Positions 19,980 through 29,891 of a DNA stretch of 64,000 nucleotides are shown in pieces. The notes beneath the pieces were generated by a model that worked only from the letters and a program-made list of their open reading frames with translations, was not told the DNA's origin and did no database searches. Position 1 is the first letter of the stretch. The number at the start of each line of letters is the position of its first letter. Where the stretch lies: assembly GCA_017621815.1 (NCBI GenBank), contig JAGASK010000006.1:4085-68084 (forward strand), written 5' to 3'. Position numbers and translations under genes: made by a program. The stretch is from Lachnospiraceae bacterium (lineage in GTDB: Bacteria > Bacillota > Clostridia > Lachnospirales > Lachnospiraceae).

Positions 19980-21443
19980 ATGGATAAAAGAGTACTTACG
20001 GATATAGAAAGAAATAATAAAACATCTATGACTGCGCATATGATAGATGCCGCAGTAATAGTGATATTTATTGCCCTGCAGGCGCTTGGAGGGCTCAGAA
20101 CCCCGGGGTATGCGCTTATTACGGCAGTTTTGGGATTTGCTCCGGTAGCTGCGGAATATTTTTTCTGGAAAAAAGACAGGGCAACTTCCATGATTAAACA
20201 TTTTGTTGCCATTGGATTTGCTGTTTTTTATACTTTTATTTTGTTTACATCCATTCACAGCATGGTTTATGTATTTGTAATTCCCATGATTTTGGTTATT
20301 TCAGTATATAATGATATCAGATATTCCCTTATGATTAATACCGGAACAATTCTGGAAAGTATTATTGTGGCTGTCCTTGGAGCACAGACCGGAAAATTCG
20401 GCTATTCGGGCAGCGATTCCGCAGTTATTCAGGTTGTTATCATGATCCTGGTAGGTATTTTTTCCTTTATGGCTTCCAAAGCGATTAATGAGAATACGGT
20501 ACAGAAACTGGAGAATGTATCAGAGGCACAAAATAAAACGGAGCTGGCATTAAAAAATATATCCGAATTATCCGTAAAAATGCAGGAAGGCATTGAGAAT
20601 ATTCACGGAGAGCTTAAAAAACTGAATGATGCATCAAAAGCAACTAAGGCGGCAATGCAGGAGGTTTCCTCCGGTTCGGCCGATACAGCACTGGCAGTGC
20701 AGGAACAGCTCCGGCAGACAGAAGCAATTCAGGCTAAAGTTTCATCTGTGGATGAGGCGGCAATTCAGATTACGGAAAATATGCAGAAGACACTTCAGGT
20801 ATTGGAAGAAGGCAGCAAAAATGTTTCTGCCCTGGTTGAAAAGGTGGATGTGTCTGTGGAGAACGGTGCCGATGTGACGAAAAAGCTGGAAGCGCTGGAC
20901 AAATATATGAAGGAAATGCATTCCATTGTGGAAATGATAAACGGAATTACCAATCAGACCAGTATGCTGGCATTGAATGCAAGTATTGAGGCTGCAAGGG
21001 CTGGTGATGCAGGAAAAGGATTTGCTGTTGTAGCATCGGAAATTACAGGAATGGCTTTAAGAACAAAGGATGCAACCGGAAATATAGCAGGATTAATTGC
21101 CAATGTTTCTTCGGCAATCGGTGAAGTGGTTTCGGGAATCAAGCAGATGATTGAAGGAATTAATGACGAAAAGCAGGGTGTTACATATGCGTCAGAAAGT
21201 TTTTCCGTTATATCGGAAAACACACTTTTCGTCCGCGATAATATTGAAAAGCTTGCTTATGATATCGGGGAACTTAAAAAGGCAAATCAGGCTATAACCG
21301 ATTCGGTACAAACAATTTCCGCCATTTCCGAAGAGGTGTCTGCACATGCAGGAGAGACAATGGAAGCTGAGGAAAGCAATGCCGTGATTCTGGGCAGTAT
21401 AGCGGACAAGATGAATGAATTGATCGAAGAAACGAATCATTAA
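19980..21443 (+). CDS. methyl-accepting chemotaxis protein
   Basis: N-terminal multi-TM region and a C-terminal signalling domain with the highly conserved hairpin [30 protein letters not shown]. Confidence 0.9.
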   Translation: MDKRVLTDIERNNKTSMTAHMIDAAVIVIFIALQALGGLRTPGYALITAVLGFAPVAAEYFFWKKDRATSMIKHFVAIGFAVFYTFILFTSIHSMVYVFVIPMILVISVYNDIRYSLMINTGTILESIIVAVLGAQTGKFGYSGSDSAVIQVVIMILVGIFSFMASKAINENTVQKLENVSEAQNKTELALKNISELSVKMQEGIENIHGELKKLNDASKATKAAMQEVSSGSADTALAVQEQLRQTEAIQAKVSSVDEAAIQITENMQKTLQVLEEGSKNVSALVEKVDVSVENGADVTKKLEALDKYMKEMHSIVEMINGITNQTSMLALNASIEAARAGDAGKGFAVVASEITGMALRTKDATGNIAGLIANVSSAIGEVVSGIKQMIEGINDEKQGVTYASESFSVISENTLFVRDNIEKLAYDIGELKKANQAITDSVQTISAISEEVSAHAGETMEAEESNAVILGSIADKMNELIEETNH

Positions 21444-21476
21444 TGCGGAAAAAGAAAAATAAGAAACAGGAAGCAA

Positions 21477-21505
21477 AAAGACGGGGCATATTTCCCGTCT
21501 TTTTG
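21477..21505 (+). terminator. rho-independent terminator of MCP gene
   Basis: Stem AAAGACGGG (21477-21485) / CCCGTCTTT (21494-21502), followed by Ts. Confidence 0.65.
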
Positions 21506-21540
21506 CATATATTGTAACAGCACATACAGGAGGATTAGTT

Positions 21541-23028
21541 ATGGATAATTTCAGCAATAATACATACGACCTGTACAAAGATATACAGCTGCGCTGCGGC
21601 GGAGAAATTTACATAGGAGTGGTAGGACCGGTAAGGACAGGAAAGTCAACCTTTATCAAAAGATTTATGGATTTAATGGTGCTTCCTTTTATGGAAGAAT
21701 CTTATGAAAAGGAAAGAGTGGTGGATGAGCTTCCCCAAAGCGCCGGAGGGAAAACCATTACCACAACAGAACCCAAATTTATTCCCAAGGAAGCTGCCAA
21801 AATCACGCTTGGAGAAGGGATTGAAGCCAAGGTACGGCTGATTGACTGTGTAGGCTATATGGTTGAAGGTGCAGGAGGCCATATGGAAAATGAAGAGGAG
21901 CGGATGGTAAAAACCCCCTGGTATGCAGAAGAGATTCCGTTCACTAAGGCTGCGGAAATAGGCACCAGGAAGGTAATAACAGACCATTCAACCATTGGAA
22001 TTGTGGTAACCTGTGACGGGAGCTTTGGGGAAATACCGAGAGAAAATTATCTTGCGGCTGAGGAAAGAACTATAAAAGAACTGAAAAAAATGAAAAAGCC
22101 TTTTATTGTTCTTTTAAATACGCAGAAGCCTTACAGTGAAGATGCGGCAAGAACAGCAAAGGAAATCGGCGATAAATATGATGTGCCGGCAATGCCTGTT
22201 AACTGTGAACAGCTGAAGAAGGAAGATATTAATCATATTCTGGAAAATGTACTCTATGAATTTCCTCTTACCATGATTGAATTTTATATGCCTAAATGGG
22301 TGGAAATGCTTCCTGCCAATCACAGAATGAAATCCGATATTGTTGCAAAGGTGAAGGAAATTATGAAGCAGTACCAATGTATCCGTGATGTGAAAAATAA
22401 TCCGGTTGTATTGGAAAGCGAGTTTATAAAGAAGTGCAAAACCGACAGCATCAGCATGTCGGACGGATGTATCCGCATCTGGCTTGAAGTGGATGATTCC
22501 TACTATTATGAGATGTTAAGTGAGCTGGTGGGTGAAAATATAAAAAGTGAATATCAGCTTCTTAGCATGCTTAAGGAAATGGCAAAGATGAAAAAAGAGT
22601 ATGTAAGGGTGCTTCATGCGGTGGATGCGGTCCGGCAGAAAGGTTATGGGGTGGTGACTCCCGACAGGGAAGAAATCTCTCTGGATAAACCGGAATTAAT
22701 AAAGCACGGAAACAAATTCGGAGTAAAAATTAAGGCGGAAAGTCCCAGCATTCATATGATACGTGCCAATATTGAAACGGAAATATCGCCCATAGTAGGC
22801 AGTGAAGAGCAGGCAAAGGATTTAATACGGTATATTTCCGATTCCGGTGCAAGCGAAGAGGGAATTTGGGAAACCAATATATTCGGGAAAACAGTGGAAC
22901 AGCTTGTAAATGATGGTATCACCAGTAAAATCACCATGATTGGAGAGGAAAGCCAGGTAAAGCTTCAGGAAACAATGCAGAAGATTGTGAATGACAGCAA
23001 CGGCGGCATGGTATGTATAATTATTTAG
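21541..23028 (+). CDS. spoIVA: stage IV sporulation protein A
   Basis: The N-terminus IYIGVVGPVRTGKSTFIKRFM (Walker A) and the overall 495-aa layout are diagnostic of SpoIVA. Confidence 0.95.
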   Translation: MDNFSNNTYDLYKDIQLRCGGEIYIGVVGPVRTGKSTFIKRFMDLMVLPFMEESYEKERVVDELPQSAGGKTITTTEPKFIPKEAAKITLGEGIEAKVRLIDCVGYMVEGAGGHMENEEERMVKTPWYAEEIPFTKAAEIGTRKVITDHSTIGIVVTCDGSFGEIPRENYLAAEERTIKELKKMKKPFIVLLNTQKPYSEDAARTAKEIGDKYDVPAMPVNCEQLKKEDINHILENVLYEFPLTMIEFYMPKWVEMLPANHRMKSDIVAKVKEIMKQYQCIRDVKNNPVVLESEFIKKCKTDSISMSDGCIRIWLEVDDSYYYEMLSELVGENIKSEYQLLSMLKEMAKMKKEYVRVLHAVDAVRQKGYGVVTPDREEISLDKPELIKHGNKFGVKIKAESPSIHMIRANIETEISPIVGSEEQAKDLIRYISDSGASEEGIWETNIFGKTVEQLVNDGITSKITMIGEESQVKLQETMQKIVNDSNGGMVCIII

Positions 23029-23032
23029 AAGA

Positions 23033-23059
23033 AAGCAGGAGTCTTTGACTCCTGTTTTT
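23033..23059 (+). terminator. rho-independent terminator of spoIVA
   Basis: 8-bp stem CAGGAGTC (23036-23043) / GACTCCTG (23047-23054), followed by TTTTT. Confidence 0.75.
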
Positions 23060-23102
23060 GAATATGATACTATTGTTTTATAAATTCGGATTAAGTATAT
23101 AT

Positions 23103-24899
23103 ATAATCTCTCGGAATCCTGAGTGATTATATCCAGCACAACTGGTAATGAACATTGAAAAGTGAATATTATCCGAAAGAAATAAAAATAAGCATGAGAA
23201 ACAGACATAACTGTCGCTATGCCTTAAAAAGGTGTATAATAATTATAGGATTATGCCATTTCTAAAATCAACTTTTGCAGTGCTGATTCGTAGGGCAGAT
23301 CCCATGCATCAAGATGTTGCAGCATCATGATGTTGTAGAGGCGGCAGTACCACATCTTAGTAGAGCGGTGCCTGCCGTTTTCTAATAGAAAATCATATTT
23401 CTCACGTTTATTGGAACGTTCTACAGAAGTTCTTGCATTAAATTCCGTTTTCCATTCGTCACTGTCACGAGGTGGTATGTTGATTAACCGTGGATTGTCC
23501 TTTGTGGCAAGGTGGACAGTTCTTCCATACTTGGAATCAGAGCAGGGATGTTCGCATGAACAGCCGTATTTTCTGCTGGCAAGCGGACAGCGGTACTTGA
23601 TTCTGTTTTTAGCAGGTTCTGAACCATCATGATGCATTCGGCGGCCTTCTTTGCAGACAGGAACCCCATCCCTGCCAATGGTAAAGTCATTTTTATATTT
23701 GGCTTTAATACCCCGTTTTTCATTCAGGTCAATAAAAGGAGTAATGCCTTTTCGTTTACAGTATTTATAAACAGGCATGGCATCATGTGCGGAATCAAGG
23801 AGCAGCTTGGATATGTTAAATTCAGGCAAAAAGCTTTTCATCCTGAAAAAGGCATGCAGAAAACCATGGGAATCGTGTCTTGAGGCAGGATTCAGCAAAG
23901 GGAAAACAGGAAGGTCGCTTTCTGAATCAGAAGCAGCCAGCATATATAAATCGTATCCATGATAAAAACAGGAACGGGATGAATCCCAGCCAATGTCACA
24001 ATCAGGCTGGGAAAAGTAACGGTCACAGGAACAGTCATTGATACCTTTAGAGGCACAATCACAAACACGGTGCTTCCGTTCCCTGGCAGAAGTAACAAAA
24101 GGAGTACCGTCACCGGCAAGAGCCAGCGAATCGGGATGAATAAGCTGTTTAGAAACAGACTGCTGCAGGAATTCCCGGTTAAAAAGGTCAAACAGGGAAC
24201 CATAAGGCTGTTCAGAAATGGAGAAAGAAGTATTTTCCAGTTCCCGTAAGAGCAGTTCAACAGAGGTTTTTTCAACAGGTTTCGCTTTAGCCCCTTTTGC
24301 AGAAGGCTTTTTAACAGAAGGCTTAATGGGATGTATATGGGCAGACAGGTTGTCTTCAACAGAATCCCAAATACGGCTCAAAAAATCATAGAAAGTACCA
24401 ACACCGGGAGTATCACCGAATTCAAAACCGCTGAGAATGGCATAAAGGGGGTTGATTTTTAGTTGTGCAGCCCACTCTGTCAGGGAAGTGACTTTAAAAT
24501 CCAGAGACAGCAGGTAGGAGCGGTGCATGCAGGAAGGAGTCCTCGGCTTAGGTCCAAAGACAGAATATCTGTCTTTTAGTTTTTCGTCGGTATAGGAAAG
24601 GTCAAGATTCCAAAAGCGGTCAATGATGTCCCATGTAGAGCGGGCAATGGAATCAGGGTTAGGATAATATTTACGTAAATTTTTGACAACAAAGTTTTGG
24701 TAGTCGGAATGACTGCCACAGTTAGCAGGTAACAAATAAAATCGCCTCCAATCGAAAAAAATGTCTTATAAATAAGGGCGCGAAGCGCCGCATTTTTCGA
24801 AGGATTTGTCAAGTGTTTTTGGCAAAAAAGTGGGGGATTTTAATAAAAAAGGAATCTGAAAGCCTTATATTTACTGGCTTAAAGATTCCGAGAGATTAT
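23103..24899 (-). mobile_element. insertion sequence (IS1182/IS5-like) with 16-bp perfect terminal inverted repeats
   Basis: ATAATCTCTCGGAATC at 23103-23118 is the exact reverse complement of GATTCCGAGAGATTAT at 24884-24899. The repeats bracket a single transposase ORF, giving a total length of 1797 bp. No unambiguous target-site duplication was seen. Confidence 0.8.
23251..24735 (-). CDS. DDE transposase (IS1182/IS5-like; DUF772-type N-terminal domain)
   Basis: 494 aa. TTG start preceded by GGAGG. The N-terminal region PRTPSCMHRSYLLSLDFKVTSLTEWAAQLKINPLYAILSGF resembles the InsH/DUF772 domain. Central DG/DSAHD motifs and a C-terminal VERSNKREKY...RHR motif resemble the DDE_Tnp_1 C-terminal signature. 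Confidence 0.8.
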   Translation of the reverse strand: MLPANCGSHSDYQNFVVKNLRKYYPNPDSIARSTWDIIDRFWNLDLSYTDEKLKDRYSVFGPKPRTPSCMHRSYLLSLDFKVTSLTEWAAQLKINPLYAILSGFEFGDTPGVGTFYDFLSRIWDSVEDNLSAHIHPIKPSVKKPSAKGAKAKPVEKTSVELLLRELENTSFSISEQPYGSLFDLFNREFLQQSVSKQLIHPDSLALAGDGTPFVTSARERKHRVCDCASKGINDCSCDRYFSQPDCDIGWDSSRSCFYHGYDLYMLAASDSESDLPVFPLLNPASRHDSHGFLHAFFRMKSFLPEFNISKLLLDSAHDAMPVYKYCKRKGITPFIDLNEKRGIKAKYKNDFTIGRDGVPVCKEGRRMHHDGSEPAKNRIKYRCPLASRKYGCSCEHPCSDSKYGRTVHLATKDNPRLINIPPRDSDEWKTEFNARTSVERSNKREKYDFLLENGRHRSTKMWYCRLYNIMMLQHLDAWDLPYESALQKLILEMA

Positions 24900-25282
24900 T
24901 ACATTCAGAAGGAGGAAAAAATTATCCTGGGTTTACTATTTACGCTGTAGCGGCTTATACTTTTTATAAGATAATTATTTCTGCAATTAATATGGTAAAG
25001 GCCGGAAAGCTGAAATCGCCGATTCTTATGACTATCCGGGATATCGGTTATATTGATGCCTGTGTTTCCGTTCTCCTGCTGCAGACAGCAATGTTTTCTT
25101 CTTTTGGAAACGGGCAGGAGGATTTTGCTAAATGGATGAATGGAATTACGGGAATGGCTGTATGCCTGATAGTTTTAATCATGGGACTGCATTGTATTTA
25201 TTCTGCCCTGCAGATGAATAAAGAATTATCAGAAGAAACAGGAGGCAGCGAAAGTGATAAACATACTGGTAGTAGAGGATGA
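24900..25282 (+). pseudogene. 5'-truncated membrane-protein gene abutting the IS right end
   Basis: The track ORF starts at ATG 24992. The same frame is open back to 24860 (inside the IS) and encodes a hydrophobic segment YPGFTIYAVAAYTFYKIIISAI upstream of that ATG, with no in-frame start codon. This is consistent with a gene whose 5' part was removed or displaced by the IS. Confidence 0.4.
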
Positions 25283-25925
25283 TATAAAGCTGAATAAGGT
25301 AGTCTGCACATACTTAAATGACAGCGGATTTTTTGCAAAAGGGTGCCTGAATGCCGGGGATGCTTATGACGAAATGTATAATAATCTTTATGAACTGATT
25401 ATTTCAGATATTATGATGCCGGAAATTGACGGCTTTGAATTTGCACGGACAATCAGAAAGGTGAATAAAAACATTCCGATTTTGTTTATGTCTGCTAAGG
25501 ATGATTTGCCTTCCAAGCAAAAAGGCTTTCAGCTTGGAATAGATGATTATATGGTAAAGCCCATAGAATTAGATGAACTTGTTTTGCGGGTGAGGGCACT
25601 TCTGCGCCGTGCCAATATTGAAATGGAAAGAAAGCTTTCCGCAGGAAACCTGGAACTGGATGCAGACGGAATGACTGCCGCTGTTAATGGGGAGGAAATC
25701 AGCCTTACAACCAGAGAATTTAACATTATCTATAAGCTGTTGTCCTATCCGAAAAAGACATTTTCAAGGGCACAGCTTATGGATGAATTCTGGGGAGCAG
25801 ACAGCGATACCAGTCTGCGTGCAGTAGATGTTTATGTGACAAGGCTAAGGGATAAGCTGTCAGATTGTGATGGTTTTAAAATTATAACGGTAAGAGGGCT
25901 TGGGTATAAGGCGGTGCTGTTATGA
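25254..25925 (+). CDS. OmpR-family response regulator
   Basis: GTG start after AGGAGG. Receiver domain (ILVVEDD, DIMMPEIDG, SAKDD) plus winged helix (LTTREFNIIYKLL, VYVTRLRDKL, VRGLGYK). Confidence 0.9.
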   Translation: MINILVVEDDIKLNKVVCTYLNDSGFFAKGCLNAGDAYDEMYNNLYELIISDIMMPEIDGFEFARTIRKVNKNIPILFMSAKDDLPSKQKGFQLGIDDYMVKPIELDELVLRVRALLRRANIEMERKLSAGNLELDADGMTAAVNGEEISLTTREFNIIYKLLSYPKKTFSRAQLMDEFWGADSDTSLRAVDVYVTRLRDKLSDCDGFKIITVRGLGYKAVLL

Positions 25926-27025
25926 AAAACAAAGGAGAAAATTTTAAAAGCAGGAGAAAAAGTTCCTTTGTCATTATGTTTTTTGTTACACTTGCAGTAA
26001 TGGGAATATTAACTACTATACAATTTTATGTCATTGGAGATTATATTGATTATCAATCCCTGAAGACCCAGAATGTTATATTAATTAATGGATTCTGGGT
26101 GCTTGTAGCAGCTCTTTTTACATGGGGAACCAGTTACCAGCTGAAGATGCATGACGAGAGGCCCATGAAAATCTTTGCCGAGGCCGCAAGAAAAGTATCT
26201 GACGGAGATTTTTCCGTATATTTAAAGCCTGTGCATCGGGCGGATAGAATGGATTATGTGGATGCCATGTTTCTGGATTTTAATAAGATGGTGGAGGAGC
26301 TTGGAAGCATTGAAACCCTGAAAACAGATTTTGTGTCTAATGTATCCCATGAAATGAAAACGCCCGTTGCCGTAATGAAAAATTATGCGGAAATGCTGCA
26401 GAAAGATGATATATCTGAGGAAGAACGGAAAGAATATGCCGGGATAATTGAAGCTTCTGCAGTAAAGCTTTCTGATTTAATCGGCAACGTACTAAAATTG
26501 AGTAAGCTTGAAAATCAGAGAATTACACCGGAAATGGAAATTTTTGATGTCAGCAGACAATTATGTGAGAGTATTCTGCAATTTGAGGATATATGGGAAG
26601 CAAAAGAGATTGAGATGGAGGTAGAGATACAGGACAGTGCCATGGTAAAGGGCGATGAAAGCCTTTTAAAGCTGGTGTGGGATAATCTGCTGTCCAATGC
26701 TTTGAAATTCACGGAGCCGGGAGGAAGAATTTCCGTTTGCCAGCCCCATACTGATAAATATGTAAGCATCTCTGTTTCGGATACAGGCTGCGGCATGAGC
26801 AGGGAAAGCATGAAACATATTTTTGATAAGTTTTATCAGGGTGATACATCTCATTCCAGAGAAGGAAACGGCCTTGGCCTTGCACTTGTGTGGCGTGTGT
26901 TGCAGCTTTTGGATGGGGATATTCAGGTTTGCAGTGAAGAGGGTAAGGGAAGTACATTTATTGTGACTCTGCCGGCAGCAGAAGAATCAGATAATTTTTC
27001 AGAAACGGAGAAAAACAATGAGTGA
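25922..27025 (+). CDS. sensor histidine kinase
   Basis: Two TM segments, an HAMP-like segment, H-box VSNVSHEMKTPVAV, N-box NLLSNALKFT and G-boxes DTGCGM / GNGLGLALV. Overlaps the response regulator stop codon. Confidence 0.9.
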   Translation: MKNKGENFKSRRKSSFVIMFFVTLAVMGILTTIQFYVIGDYIDYQSLKTQNVILINGFWVLVAALFTWGTSYQLKMHDERPMKIFAEAARKVSDGDFSVYLKPVHRADRMDYVDAMFLDFNKMVEELGSIETLKTDFVSNVSHEMKTPVAVMKNYAEMLQKDDISEEERKEYAGIIEASAVKLSDLIGNVLKLSKLENQRITPEMEIFDVSRQLCESILQFEDIWEAKEIEMEVEIQDSAMVKGDESLLKLVWDNLLSNALKFTEPGGRISVCQPHTDKYVSISVSDTGCGMSRESMKHIFDKFYQGDTSHSREGNGLGLALVWRVLQLLDGDIQVCSEEGKGSTFIVTLPAAEESDNFSETEKNNE

Positions 27026-27587
27026 CATGGAAAAAAAGAGCAGGGAATTTATTGGCTATGAATATAAAGAAATAATTACTGACAGCAGTAAGGTCTCTTT
27101 TCTTCTGGACGGTTATGAAAACTTCGGCTGGGAGCAGGATGAACATATGGCGGAAATGAGTGCTGAGAATTATACTATGAAAAGTTATCATCCGCCGCAG
27201 AAAAAAGTTGTTTTGCGGCTGAAACGAAACCGTAAGATTATCAATAAAATGGAGCTTACCAGACTGCAGAGGAATTTTGAGGCTTGTGTCAGTGAAATAG
27301 AGGAACTTGAAAAATCCAAAACCTCCGCTGCAACTGCCTTTGCAATTATTTTAGGCATTTTAGGAACCGCATTTATGGCAGGCTCTACCTTTGCAATAAC
27401 AGCGCCGGTTCCCCATGTGATTTTATGTATTTTACTTGCTGTGCCGGGATTTATGGGGTGGATACTGCCGTGTTTTGTTTACAAAAAAGCAGTTCGGAAA
27501 CAGACTGCAAAAGTAAATCCCATTATAGAAGAAAAATATGATGAAATATATGAAATATGTGAAAAGGGAAACCGGCTGCTTATTTAG
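27018..27587 (+). CDS. hypothetical membrane protein co-transcribed with the two-component system
   Basis: 189 aa, overlapping the kinase stop. Soluble N-terminal domain plus two TM helices (AFAIILGILGTAFMAG / ILCILLAVPGFMGWILPCF). Confidence 0.5.
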   Translation: MSDMEKKSREFIGYEYKEIITDSSKVSFLLDGYENFGWEQDEHMAEMSAENYTMKSYHPPQKKVVLRLKRNRKIINKMELTRLQRNFEACVSEIEELEKSKTSAATAFAIILGILGTAFMAGSTFAITAPVPHVILCILLAVPGFMGWILPCFVYKKAVRKQTAKVNPIIEEKYDEIYEICEKGNRLLI

Positions 27588-27621
27588 CAGACAGGATGGC
27601 AATGGCCCCAAAGGAGTTATA

Positions 27622-28392
27622 ATGAGTGCTGACAATACCCAAAATTCAAAATCAAATCAAAGATATGCGCTGCTTGACGGCATTCGCGGAGTTACTCTGC
27701 TCAGTATGATTCTTTATCATGGAGCATGGGATTTAGTTTATCTTTATGGTATAAAATGGGATTGGTATAAAGGAACAGGAGCTTATATCTGGCAGCAGAG
27801 CATTTGCTGGACTTTTATTTTTCTGTCCGGTTTTTGCTGGTCCCTTGGTAAAAAGCCCTTGAAACGGGGACTGCTTGTTTTCGGAGGAGGGTTGCTGGTA
27901 TCTGCTGTAACCTGTCTGTTTATGCCGGAAAACAGAGTTGTTTTTGGTGTGCTGACTTTAACAGGTTCCTGTATGCTTCTGATGATACCCCTTGATAAAG
28001 TGCTTAAAAAGATTCCTGCTTTAGCCGGAATCCTTTTAAGCCTGTTATTATTTATCATAACAAGAAATATAAATGCAGGACAGCTGGGATTTGAAGGTCT
28101 TCAGCTGGCAGGGCTGCCGGATGGCCTGTATCATGGAATGGCAGCTACCTATCTGGGATTTATGGAACCGGGCTTTTTTTCCACAGATTATTTCTCACTA
28201 TTTCCGTGGCTGTTTTTGTTTATTGGGGGTTATTATCTGTATCATATATTTGCGGGGAGAAATGTCCTTTGCCTGCCTGTCTTTCAATGGAAATCACCGT
28301 TCTTCAGCTTCCTGGGAAGGCATTCCCTGCTTATTTATCTGCTGCATCAGCCGGTTTTGTATCTTGTGCTAACAGTATGTCCACTTCTTTGA
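27622..28392 (+). CDS. DUF1624-type (heparan-alpha-glucosaminide N-acetyltransferase-like) membrane acyltransferase
   Basis: RYALLDGIRGVTLLSMILYHGAWDL near the N-terminus, and a polytopic profile. ATG at 27622 after AAGGAG is preferred over the longer track ORF (27538). Confidence 0.65.
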   Translation: MSADNTQNSKSNQRYALLDGIRGVTLLSMILYHGAWDLVYLYGIKWDWYKGTGAYIWQQSICWTFIFLSGFCWSLGKKPLKRGLLVFGGGLLVSAVTCLFMPENRVVFGVLTLTGSCMLLMIPLDKVLKKIPALAGILLSLLLFIITRNINAGQLGFEGLQLAGLPDGLYHGMAATYLGFMEPGFFSTDYFSLFPWLFLFIGGYYLYHIFAGRNVLCLPVFQWKSPFFSFLGRHSLLIYLLHQPVLYLVLTVCPLL

Positions 28393-29605
28393 ATAATTTT
28401 CTGTTTGCTAAAGCTATCAGAACAGTAATTGCAAAGGCAGCAGCAAAAAGAAAGAAGAGACTGTCTTTTAGCTTTTCCACAAGAATGCCGTAAGCAGCCT
28501 GGCCAATGGGATGTGCGCACATGCAGATACACATGGCGCAGGAAATAACTTTTCCCAGCATATGCTCCGGGGTCAGCAGCTGCAGATAAGTCAGCATTTG
28601 AATGGAAAATAAGGAGGAGATTATCATCATAATAAAGCAGCAGATATTTATGATTATATAAACTGTCATTGCGGGAAGAGGGAAAAACAATCCGGCAGCA
28701 ACAGGCAGCAGCATGATAGAGGATATAATCAGCAGCAGGTACTGATAATGTGCTTTTTGATGCCTGGAAAGAATACCTGCAAGCAGTCCGCCAATCAGAC
28801 TCCCTGCTGCAATAACGCCTTCCGCATATCCGTACAGGCGATTCCCTGTTGATTCGGAAAACCCAAGCATTTGTGTAATGATTACCGGCAGAGCAATAAC
28901 AATCAATGCGCTGAAAAATAAGTTGACTGAAGCGGCCAGAAGAGAAATTTTCCAAATTACGGGCCGCTGCTTTTTGATAAATGCAACACTCTCTCTGAAA
29001 TCCGAATATCCTGTTTTTATAATGCCCTTTGAGTGTGTGTGCCGTTTAAAGGGAATTTGTATGAAAAGCTCCATAATGGCGGAAAAAGCAAAGCATAAAA
29101 TGCTGACATATAATATAGGATATAAGCCGAAAAAGCCATAAATGGCGCCTCCTGCCACAGGACCAATCAGGGCGGCTAAGGAAGATACCAGATTAATGGC
29201 AGCGTTGCCCTTAGCAAGGTCTTCTTTTGTCATCAGCAAAGGAACGCTTGCCTGTACTGCCGGCTGATAAGCTCCCTGTATTCCATACAGAAGGATAAGC
29301 ATTACAAGGATAAGCGCCGTTAAGTCGATGCTGCCGAGAAAAACCGTAAATAATAAAGTAATTCCGGCTGTGGAAAAATCCAGAATGACCATGATGTTTC
29401 TTTTATTTACACGGTCGGCAATGATTCCGCCGATTGGGTACATCAGTATCATGGGAATGAATGAACAGGCAGATACCAGTCCGAAGAGCAGGGCAGAGTT
29501 TGTCTCGCCCAGAAGGTATAGAGGCAGGGCAAACCGGAGAATTGCATTTCCGAATAAAGAAATAATTTGTCCGATAATAATAAGTATAAAATTTCTTTTT
29601 AACAT
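28331..29605 (-). CDS. MFS transporter
   Basis: 424 aa with about 12 TM segments. It has the GGIIADRVNKRN loop motif typical of MFS (DHA3/enterobactin-exporter-like) proteins. Confidence 0.85.
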   Translation of the reverse strand: MLKRNFILIIIGQIISLFGNAILRFALPLYLLGETNSALLFGLVSACSFIPMILMYPIGGIIADRVNKRNIMVILDFSTAGITLLFTVFLGSIDLTALILVMLILLYGIQGAYQPAVQASVPLLMTKEDLAKGNAAINLVSSLAALIGPVAGGAIYGFFGLYPILYVSILCFAFSAIMELFIQIPFKRHTHSKGIIKTGYSDFRESVAFIKKQRPVIWKISLLAASVNLFFSALIVIALPVIITQMLGFSESTGNRLYGYAEGVIAAGSLIGGLLAGILSRHQKAHYQYLLLIISSIMLLPVAAGLFFPLPAMTVYIIINICCFIMMIISSLFSIQMLTYLQLLTPEHMLGKVISCAMCICMCAHPIGQAAYGILVEKLKDSLFFLFAAAFAITVLIALANRKLFKEVDILLAQDTKPADAADK

Positions 29606-29746
29606 AGATTTTCATCCTTTCTTTTTGTTCTGTAAAACAGACTGCAAAAAATACAGGCGTCTGTTTTTCAGAAGTATTTCATGTATATCATTTTCTGTCA
29701 GTTGCGAACCACCCATTTTGGCTTTCAACCCGGCAAAAATCAGTTT

Positions 29747-29763
29747 CCGGTTTCCGAAACCGG
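29747..29763. promoter_or_regulatory. 17-bp perfect palindrome, candidate operator in divergent MFS/rlmI intergenic region
   Basis: CCGGTTTCCGAAACCGG at 29747-29763, nested inside a second inverted repeat TTTCAACC (29723-29730) / GGTTGAAA (29771-29778). Confidence 0.3.
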
Positions 29764-29891
29764 AGGTTGCAGGTTGAAACATGAAAAAGAAACATGTTAT
29801 ACTGGGAAGGTCATATTACAAAGGAGCAGCAATATCCTGCTGCTTTCATGTCATGGCAGAAGGAAAATGATAAAAAAGGACTGGTATCAAG

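Noticed and set aside
24908-24914. AAGGAGG just right of the IS, which could mark a true start for the downstream membrane ORF.
   Set aside because: No ATG, GTG or TTG in the membrane-protein frame follows within 5-12 nt. The only nearby frame terminates after 10 codons. It is more likely ordinary coding sequence (..EGG..) of the truncated gene.
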